Shown here in pieces: positions 17,392 to 23,764 of a stretch of 32,000 nucleotides of DNA. Both the position numbers and the translations under genes were made by a program. This stretch comes from Candidatus Saccharimonadota bacterium (GTDB taxonomy: Archaea; Micrarchaeota; Micrarchaeia; Micrarchaeales; Micrarchaeaceae): assembly GCA_963705375.1 (NCBI GenBank), contig OY970071.1:1170001-1202000 (forward strand), written 5' to 3'. Positions within the stretch are counted from its first letter, which is position 1, and every line of letters starts with the position of its first letter. Under the pieces are notes generated by a model. It was not told the DNA's origin. It ran no database searches and saw only the letters and a list, made by a program, of their open reading frames with translations.

Positions 17392-19536
17392 ATGAGATAC
17401 TACCTGCTAATTACATATGCCATATTCTCTCTTCTGCTCGTTCCATGCCTTGCCTTGACCGGTCAGTCTGCTCTGGCAGGCACTACTAAAGTGGTGACAT
17501 CATGCCCTATATATCTCTCATCCCAGTTTTCGCCACTATATTTGCACGCTTCCAACATAGCGCTCAATTATACGATCTTTACCGGCTCAACGTGCTATGC
17601 TCCAAACCTGAAAGGCGTGCTCGCTGTTTATCATGCAAATAACGGTTCCGTAGCGTATACAACAAACAATGTCCCTCTCTACCTGGTCGACAACACCCCT
17701 GCAAGTCTCAGCATACCTGTAACGACTGCAACGCCTCTTCCAGAAGGCAGTTATGAAGCGACTCTAAATATTTCATTAAACAAATCATCTACTCTGACTA
17801 CTTCCGAATTCAACGTATTCAATCCTGCCGATGTCATATTGAAGAACTTCTCAATAACCCAGGAACCACTATTCCAAAGAACGCAGGCTGTGTTTGTCCT
17901 GGGAATACTGAACAATGGCAGCCTCGCTTCAGGGCCTATTGTGCTGTACCTGAACGTGTCTGGCCCCAGGAACTATAATATTACTGAGAGCATTGACCCG
18001 CTCGCCTCTGGCCAGTCTGAGCAAATCGCACTTGTGTTGAAAAATATAACAGACGTAGCGGGGTCATATTCTGCAAGCGTCAGCGCGGTTCAAGCCTTCA
18101 ACACCACAAGAACTAGCTCGAATACTGCCTCATTAACATATAATGTGACCGTGCCTCAACAGCAGCAAGCGTCAAACTCTTCCTACGTGTTCAATACAGT
18201 AGTGCCTCTGGAGTATTCGGCAATATCGCAATTTCCTTTCTATCTGCAGCTAGCACCAGGTGTCCTTTCCGGCTACAACATCGGTTTCGAGAATACTCAA
18301 AGCCAGACTGAGACGTTCTCTATTGTTGCACCTAGCGCGTTCAAGGATGTGATTAGCCTCTCGGCCAAAAATGTATCGTTACCTGCCGGTCAGATCATCG
18401 AGATCCAATCCCTTTTGAACGTAAAGAGCACGATGCTCCCTGGAACATACTATGTGCCGCTCGACGTAAGTGTCGGGCTCAACAGCGGCAGGGTCTACTC
18501 TGCCGTACAGCCACTCAATTTCCAGGTGCTGTACCCGACAAACAGCATAGACTCCAGAACACAGATATTGGCAAGCACCACAAATACGCTGCTGAACCGT
18601 GCTTCAGTGTCCATAACTGCCTATAGCCCTCTAAACGAGACGCTGAATAATGTCACGCTGATAACCACGCTCCCAAGGAACACGATCTCGAATCTCTCAC
18701 AACTGGGCACGTCAGCGCAAGGAGGTAACGCGACGATGGCTGGAAACACGGCCTCGATATCGTGGTTCATCCCGACAATCTTTGCAGGGCAGATTTCGAC
18801 AGTGTATTACTTCATTTCAAACCCAAACAACATAATCACGTTGCCCTATGCGCAAGAGCTTTTGATAATTCCCTCATTCCCAAACATTAGCAGCATGATA
18901 AAAACAGTGAAGATATCTAACCTCACTCTGTTGACCAATCTGATAGGGCAAGAAAACATCTCATTCTTCTATACTGGCTCACAACCGCAGAACATCACCG
19001 TTTCATTGATTCCAAAGAGCTATGTCTCTGTTACGCGCCCTCAAAAAGTTTATGCTATGCCTAACCAACGCATAGAGCGCACTTTTAACATATCGAGCGA
19101 AGTAACTGGCACGTTCGTGTTAACTGCCGAGATCGCCACTTCAAACGCCAGCATATCGTACAAGACTTCCGCCATATTCTTACCCCCTGCCACTACTACC
19201 ACAATTAATCAAACAACGTCGATTCCGATTGACGTCGTATCGCCTGCTGAAAAATTTGTGGCGCAGTACGGCGATGAAATCCTAAAAATACTGATTTATT
19301 TTGTGGCTTTTGCTATTGTCGTAGTGCTCTTGGTGGAGTTGTCATTGCTTTACCTGAAGCATACGAAAAAAGTGCGAGACGAGAGGCTTCTCGGAAAGGT
19401 AGAAAGTGCCTTAGAGACGGATGAACGCTCTAGGCAGAAAGAACGTATCTATGCTAGGCCTAGAAGAAAAAAGGTCTCGAAGAAGAATAGCGAGCCAAAA
19501 CACAAAATAAACAATAAGCGGCGCAGGAAGCGGTAA
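17392..19536 (+). CDS. surface-anchored protein: signal peptide, CARDB/NEW3-like beta-sandwich modules, C-terminal TM helix and Lys/Arg-rich tail
   Basis: N-terminus MRYYLLITYAIFSLLLVPCLALTGQSALAG. The CARDB-like stretch is 'VILKNFSITQEPLFQRTQAVFVLGILNNGSLASGPIVLYLNVSG...LASGQSEQIALVLKNI..AGSYSASVSA'. The NEW3-like stretch is 'LSAKNVSLPAGQIIEIQSLLNVKSTMLPGTYYVPLDVSV'. NxS/T sequons are very frequent. The C-terminal TM is ILIYFVAFAIVVVLLVELSLLYL, followed by KHTKKVRDER...RRKKVSKKNSEPKHKINNKRRRKR*. A TATA-like aactataaaa lies at 17352-17361. Confidence 0.85.
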   Translation: MRYYLLITYAIFSLLLVPCLALTGQSALAGTTKVVTSCPIYLSSQFSPLYLHASNIALNYTIFTGSTCYAPNLKGVLAVYHANNGSVAYTTNNVPLYLVDNTPASLSIPVTTATPLPEGSYEATLNISLNKSSTLTTSEFNVFNPADVILKNFSITQEPLFQRTQAVFVLGILNNGSLASGPIVLYLNVSGPRNYNITESIDPLASGQSEQIALVLKNITDVAGSYSASVSAVQAFNTTRTSSNTASLTYNVTVPQQQQASNSSYVFNTVVPLEYSAISQFPFYLQLAPGVLSGYNIGFENTQSQTETFSIVAPSAFKDVISLSAKNVSLPAGQIIEIQSLLNVKSTMLPGTYYVPLDVSVGLNSGRVYSAVQPLNFQVLYPTNSIDSRTQILASTTNTLLNRASVSITAYSPLNETLNNVTLITTLPRNTISNLSQLGTSAQGGNATMAGNTASISWFIPTIFAGQISTVYYFISNPNNIITLPYAQELLIIPSFPNISSMIKTVKISNLTLLTNLIGQENISFFYTGSQPQNITVSLIPKSYVSVTRPQKVYAMPNQRIERTFNISSEVTGTFVLTAEIATSNASISYKTSAIFLPPATTTTINQTTSIPIDVVSPAEKFVAQYGDEILKILIYFVAFAIVVVLLVELSLLYLKHTKKVRDERLLGKVESALETDERSRQKERIYARPRRKKVSKKNSEPKHKINNKRRRKR

Positions 19537-19588
19537 ACTAAAAAAAGACATGCTTATATCTTTTATGGTTGATGCTTAATATGGTTAT

Positions 19589-20086
19589 ATGGGTGGGGAT
19601 ATAGTTTATTTGGACGTAGACAGACGCGCCTTAAAAGACATAAAATATATTAGGCTTAAGACCATACTCTCCACCGTGGGTAGCATTTCTACGGGTGTGC
19701 TGCAGATGTCTCTATTGAAACTTATCGGCGCACCACAATTCAAAGGCAAGGTGTCAGGCGAATGTGTGCGATACTTATATGCTTCTGCCTTCTTGAGCTT
19801 TGCCGGTAGGGAAATAAACAAAAAATCCCTTAGTTCTGTGCTAAAAAGTGTGGGCATAAAGCCGAAAGAAGAATGCATAAATACCTTCCTAAAGACTGGC
19901 ATCGAGAGCCATTTGGTGTATTTATACGCATATTATTTCCTACTTGCTAATAGGCTAGCGGCCTCTGACGAAAACATGTCCGGAGTGATAAAATCTCTTG
20001 GAATGAAACCCGATAAAGAACGGATAAATGCCGCGCGCGGTTTTGTACGGATATACCCATTCACACCTGCCCCGAAAATACGATAG
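19589..20086 (+). CDS. ribosomal stalk protein P1 (L12Ae) N-terminal-domain-like protein, tandemly duplicated domain, no acidic C-terminal tail
   Basis: '(V)RYLYASAFLSFAGREINKKSLSSVLKSVGIKPKEECINTFLKTGIE' and 'LVYLYAYYFLLANRLAASDENMSGVIKSLGMKPDKERINAARGFV' each align well with the archaeal P1 N-terminus as I recall it ([47 protein letters not shown]). A weaker third copy may lie at the N-terminus (IKYIRLKTILSTVGSIS...LKLIGAPQFK). The protein ends RIYPFTPAPKIR* with no Ala/Glu/Lys-rich linker or tail. The start is uncertain: ATG 19589, or GTG 19766 directly before RYLYA. Confidence 0.65.
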   Translation: MGGDIVYLDVDRRALKDIKYIRLKTILSTVGSISTGVLQMSLLKLIGAPQFKGKVSGECVRYLYASAFLSFAGREINKKSLSSVLKSVGIKPKEECINTFLKTGIESHLVYLYAYYFLLANRLAASDENMSGVIKSLGMKPDKERINAARGFVRIYPFTPAPKIR

Positions 20087-20093
20087 GACTGCC

Positions 20094-20100
20094 TTTTTTT
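20094..20100 (+). terminator. oligo-T tract (7 T) 8 nt after the stop of the P1-like gene
   Basis: The sequence is tag gactgcc ttttttt. Oligo-T runs are the usual archaeal termination signal. Confidence 0.4.
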
Positions 20101-20171
20101 GGTGTTCGACGGTTTGTGCTTTCTGTTATGCTTTTGTGTAAAGCGTGCAGAAGAATGCGTATTGTATTTGT

Positions 20172-20942
20172 TTATCGTAGATGCAGTCTGCCCTGCTGCT
20201 TCTGCTGTACTGCGTTGTTACCGCCATTGATCCTGCTGGCATAGGACTTTGCCAATTCCTTCATAAGAACGGAAAACTTGCTGCTGGGTGCAAGCAGGCA
20301 TGCAGGTATGTGCTCTGCTATGCTCGTGGGGACTATGTCGTCCATGGGCAGTTTTGATAGCACCTTGCTCTTGTATGTGTCCTCTATCTCGTCTGTTGTC
20401 AGCTCGTATTTCTTATTTGTGATTTTGTTGACGGCAACCATGTGCTTTAGTTTGACCGAGTTGTATTCTAGTGCAAGCCTTAGCACGCTTGTGCAGGCGG
20501 GTATGTTTGGCGTGGTTACTATCAATGCTTCGTCGTAGTTGCCGTGGTAGTCTTCATCAGCAGTTATGCCTGGCGCAGTATCGCATATCACGAAGTCATA
20601 CGGCAGTTTCTTGAGTTTCTTAAAAAGACTGTTCATGTTCTTATTTGTAGGCAACGCTGCAGCAGTCCTTATTCTTCCTGGAAGCACGCGTATGCCTGAT
20701 GGTACATGGGGTATTATCACTGTGTTTAAATGCGCCTTGCCGTGCACTGCATCAACAAAGCCCTCACTGACTAGATCAAGGCCGAGATGTAAACCTACGC
20801 TAGGATTGGTTATATCCGTATCTATAAGCAATACTTTATGACCTAAAACACACAGGCTCGAAGCCAGATTTACTGCTACTGTCGTTTTACCGACACCGCC
20901 CTTCTGAGATGCGACTCTTATGAAATAAGGTTGCGTGTTCAC
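20172..20942 (-). CDS. MinD/ParA-family P-loop ATPase
   Basis: Deviant Walker A 'VASQKGGVGKTTVAVNLA', then 'VLLIDTDITNPSVGLHLG' and Walker B-like 'DFVICDTAPG'. The length of 256 aa is typical of archaeal MinD-like proteins. Confidence 0.85.
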   Translation of the reverse strand: MNTQPYFIRVASQKGGVGKTTVAVNLASSLCVLGHKVLLIDTDITNPSVGLHLGLDLVSEGFVDAVHGKAHLNTVIIPHVPSGIRVLPGRIRTAAALPTNKNMNSLFKKLKKLPYDFVICDTAPGITADEDYHGNYDEALIVTTPNIPACTSVLRLALEYNSVKLKHMVAVNKITNKKYELTTDEIEDTYKSKVLSKLPMDDIVPTSIAEHIPACLLAPSSKFSVLMKELAKSYASRINGGNNAVQQKQQGRLHLR

Positions 20943-21059
20943 CCAGATACCCTGATTGGCCGTCTTTACGTGTTTAATGTGAACACAACACTTATAAATA
21001 TGCCTTTTGGGCCATACCGCGCATCAGTGCTGTGCATTTCTGCACTTCATTTTGCTTCT

Positions 21060-22382
21060 TTACGCCTTCAAACCTTGTATATTTATCTTAAGGAAGTGGC
21101 TTGCGCAGCTCATGCACGGGTCATATGCCCGTATCAGCTTCTCTATCTCGAGCTCTATGTTCTTGTTGCCGTCATTTATGTTCGCTTCGACAAGCTCAAG
21201 TACGCTCTTCTCCATGCATATCTGGTTCTGCTGCGTCGGCACTATTATGTTGCCGTACTGGATCTTGCCCGTCTTGTCCACAGAGAGCATGTAGTACAGG
21301 GTGCCTCTTGGGGCCTCGATCAGGCCGACGCCCTCCCCTGCCTTAACAGCTATTGCCGGCTTCGGCTCATTTTTGAATTCGCTTGCTTCTAAGAGGTCTA
21401 TGGAACTGTCTATCGAGTGCAGTATTTCTATGGATTGTGCGAGGTTGTTGTGGAATATGTTCTTCGATGGGAATGCGCCAATGAATTTTGAAGCATCGGA
21501 CTTTGTCCTGCTGTTCAGGTTTTCCCTATTCATGTTCATTCGTGCCAGTGCCCCGACCATGAACTCTTCTCCCGAAAAGCTGTAGCCTGTGGCTTGAGAG
21601 TAAGGTATTATGACCCTGTTCAGGAAATCCCAATAGCTTTCTTTCGGTATTGTTATTCCTTTCGAGTCCATGACCTCGCCGCCCATGAAGGCGTAGTCCT
21701 TCGGAGCCATTGAGACGAAATTCGTGTCGCGCTCTAGCTTGAAATCGCAGTTGTAGAACATCTCTATGAACTCTATCACGTCATCTCTGACCGATTTCAG
21801 CTCTTTGATCACTATGGCTACCTGCTCGTTGTTCGGTATGTTGGAGAATGACCCTACCTGTGCGTATGTCGCATGCACAGCCCTCCCCGCTATCACTTTC
21901 GACAGGTTGTTTCCGGAGCTCTTTATCGCGAATGCCTTCTTCAGCATCTCGTCCTGTGACTTGTCGAAATCGAGTATCGAGTCTTTTCCTAAAAGGTCAG
22001 GCAGGCAAAACATGAAAAGGTGCAGCGCATGGTCCCTTATCGTCAGTCCGTAAAGCGAAAGCTTCCTGAGCAGTAGCGTCTGGTCTGTGGGCGTGTAGCC
22101 GATTGCGTGCTCTACAGCTTCAGAACAGCAGGTAAGGTGCGCTATGCTGCACGTGCCACATATCCTTGACGTGAGCATCGGCAGCGCCATGGCGGGCTTT
22201 CCAAGTATCGCTTGGGCATAGAATCGCTTGTTTTCCGTTATCTTGAGCTTTACGTATGCCACCTTTCCGTCCTTGATCTTGATGTCAAGGCTTCCGTGGC
22301 CCTCTATCTTGCTAAGCTTGTCCAGATGCATGATCCCGTCTTTATGGAGCGATCCTGCGCCCGAGTACTCGTCAATGTGCAT
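21060..22382 (-). CDS. [NiFe] hydrogenase large (catalytic) subunit, cytosolic group-3-like
   Basis: N-terminal Ni-binding motif 'SRICGTCSIAH', 'EAPRGTLYY', and C-terminal motif 'DPCMSCASH' followed by an 11-aa extension (FLKINIQGLKA) of the kind removed by a maturation endopeptidase. ORF 21060..22466 is over-extended. Likely starts are ATG 22382 (overlaps the small-subunit stop by 11 nt) or ATG 22331 (MHLDKLSKIEGHGSL...). Confidence 0.9.
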   Translation of the reverse strand: MHIDEYSGAGSLHKDGIMHLDKLSKIEGHGSLDIKIKDGKVAYVKLKITENKRFYAQAILGKPAMALPMLTSRICGTCSIAHLTCCSEAVEHAIGYTPTDQTLLLRKLSLYGLTIRDHALHLFMFCLPDLLGKDSILDFDKSQDEMLKKAFAIKSSGNNLSKVIAGRAVHATYAQVGSFSNIPNNEQVAIVIKELKSVRDDVIEFIEMFYNCDFKLERDTNFVSMAPKDYAFMGGEVMDSKGITIPKESYWDFLNRVIIPYSQATGYSFSGEEFMVGALARMNMNRENLNSRTKSDASKFIGAFPSKNIFHNNLAQSIEILHSIDSSIDLLEASEFKNEPKPAIAVKAGEGVGLIEAPRGTLYYMLSVDKTGKIQYGNIIVPTQQNQICMEKSVLELVEANINDGNKNIELEIEKLIRAYDPCMSCASHFLKINIQGLKA

Positions 22383-22860
22383 TTGTAACACCAAACTCCT
22401 GCAGATACTTGTCCAATGTCTTGAGGAATGTGCTCTCGTCCATCGGGCATCCCGGCACCTCGTCATCCACCACCACTATGTCCTTCACAGAACGGACCTT
22501 TTCTGTCTGGTTGAAGCGCACGAGCAAGAATGCGATCTTTTTCTTCAAGTTCTCGTCAAAAAGGTTCCTTTGCGCCGAAGGCATGCCGTTTATGGCGCAC
22601 GATCCTATTGCGACGAGTTTCTTGGAATTCTTCCGTATCTCCCTCAATTTCTTGGCGTCCTTTTCTGTAGTTATCGCGCCCTCAACAAAAGCGACGTCTA
22701 TGTCCCTAAGCACGTTATTCCTCTTCAGTACGCGCGCATGCCTTATGTCCAACTGCTCTTTCCACTTGAAGAAATTGTCGTTCATCAGCTCCGTCCACAG
22801 TATCGTGCTGTCTTCACTGCAGGTGAAGGAGAACCACCCTATCTTCAGTTTTTTCTTCAC
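22372..22860 (-). CDS. [NiFe] hydrogenase small subunit, minimal form (proximal Fe-S cluster domain only)
   Basis: 162 aa with a GTG start. 'KIGWFSFTCSEDS', 'VAIGSCAINGMP' and 'VPGCPMD' match the spacing of the proximal-cluster ligand motifs (normally CxxC ... GxC ... GCP). Only 3 Cys are present in total, and the first motif is C-S-E-D. There is no C-terminal ferredoxin-like extension for medial or distal clusters. It lies immediately upstream of, and overlapping, the large subunit. Confidence 0.8.
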   Translation of the reverse strand: MKKKLKIGWFSFTCSEDSTILWTELMNDNFFKWKEQLDIRHARVLKRNNVLRDIDVAFVEGAITTEKDAKKLREIRKNSKKLVAIGSCAINGMPSAQRNLFDENLKKKIAFLLVRFNQTEKVRSVKDIVVVDDEVPGCPMDESTFLKTLDKYLQEFGVTNAH

Positions 22861-22980
22861 GAGCGTATATGGCTTAGCAGCATTAAAAACCTTTCACCTT
22901 TCTGGAGTTTGCCGCAAAAACCCGTTAGCATGGCTGAAACAAAAACATAAATAATCTTGGCGCGATATCTGTCTGATAAT

Positions 22981-23178
22981 ATGTGCCAGGCTCCTGTCGG
23001 GAAGGTTGTGACTGCAGAAAGTGGGAAACTTACGGTAAAATACAAGGGCAAGCTGTTCGAACTGAACTCAAAGCTTCCTGACGTAAAGGCTGGCGATTAT
23101 GTCCTGTTCTCGCTCGACATAGCCATAGACAAGGTCGACAAAGAAGAAGCAGAGGCCATCTTGGGTAAGATGAAATGA
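22981..23178 (+). CDS. hypC: hydrogenase maturation chaperone HypC/HupF family
   Basis: Track ORF 22957..23178. The real start is ATG 22981, giving the hallmark Met-Cys N-terminus: MCQAPVGKVVTAESGKLTVKYKGKLFELNSKLPDVKAGDYVLFSLDIAIDKVDKEEAEAILGKMK, which matches the HypC consensus MCLAIPGKV...GDYVLVH.G.A. A TATA-like ataaataat lies at 22947-22955. The gene is divergent from the hydrogenase structural genes. Confidence 0.9.
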   Translation: MCQAPVGKVVTAESGKLTVKYKGKLFELNSKLPDVKAGDYVLFSLDIAIDKVDKEEAEAILGKMK

Positions 23179-23723
23179 AAGAAGACAAGAAGGATGGCAT
23201 GGAGATATCCGACAAACTGCTATTCTGGAAGTATGCCCTTCCCTGTGCCGTGCCTAGCAAGGCTGCCGTCAAGGAAGATGCAGACCGCATGATAGCCACA
23301 GTGTCAAAAGGCAATATTCCTGAAGAAGATCTCAGAAGCATATTTCCTATTGCGCCCAGGCTGTGCGAGGCCACGGCGGTAAAGCTGGGAAAGAAGGTCA
23401 TAGATGCGAGCGTCATAAGGGTCTACTTTCTGCTAAGGCACAATGAAGTGGTTGATGCAAGTGCGTCACAGGTGAATGATTACGATCCTGAAGACTGCAA
23501 AACCTATTCAGGCATCGTAACAAACACGGATGGCGTTCTTGCCGAAGTCGAAACAACAAGAGGTATACGGGAATATCGGACTGATTTCTGCATGAATGTT
23601 AAAAAAGGAGACCGGGTTGTTGTGCACTTCGACTTCATCGTGGAAAAAATATCCGATTCTCTGTCTGAAAGGATGGATGCAGAAGCGAATGTGCACGGAA
23701 AACCGAAGTCTAAGTCGACCTAG
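23175..23723 (+). CDS. hypothetical protein with a C-terminal HypC/HupF-like domain
   Basis: The start overlaps the hypC stop (ATGA at 23175-23178), indicating translational coupling. Residues ~108-160, 'CKTYSGIVTNTDGVLAEVETTRGIREYRTDFCMNVKKGDRVVVHFDFIVEKIS', align position-for-position with HypC (C..PG.V....G..A.V...G..RE.......V..GD.V.VH.G.A.EK). It is preceded by an unrecognised ~105-aa region. Confidence 0.7.
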   Translation: MKEDKKDGMEISDKLLFWKYALPCAVPSKAAVKEDADRMIATVSKGNIPEEDLRSIFPIAPRLCEATAVKLGKKVIDASVIRVYFLLRHNEVVDASASQVNDYDPEDCKTYSGIVTNTDGVLAEVETTRGIREYRTDFCMNVKKGDRVVVHFDFIVEKISDSLSERMDAEANVHGKPKSKST

Positions 23724-23764
23724 TGCTGAAGCATATTCCACATCAAAGCACCGACTTAATTGTG

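Noticed and set aside
20172-20942. The MinD/ParA ATPase as a hydrogenase nickel-insertion factor (HypB-like), given its position next to the large-subunit gene.
   Set aside because: It has the deviant Walker A KGGVGKT of MinD/ParA/Mrp ATPases. It lacks a GTPase G-domain signature and the His/Cys-rich metal-binding motif expected of HypB. Adjacency alone is not sufficient evidence.
22383-22466. The 28-codon N-terminal extension of the hydrogenase large-subunit ORF (MTRCRDARWTRAHSSRHWTS...).
   Set aside because: It lies wholly inside the small-subunit coding region in another frame and is Arg/Ser/Trp-rich. Hydrogenase large subunits start a few residues before the IEGH motif, so ATG 22382 or 22331 are the realistic starts.
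22228-22954. + strand ORFs 22228..22950 (240 aa) and 22409..22954 (181 aa).
   Set aside because: They are antisense to the hydrogenase small and large subunit genes, which carry unambiguous family motifs. These ORFs have no recognisable motifs.
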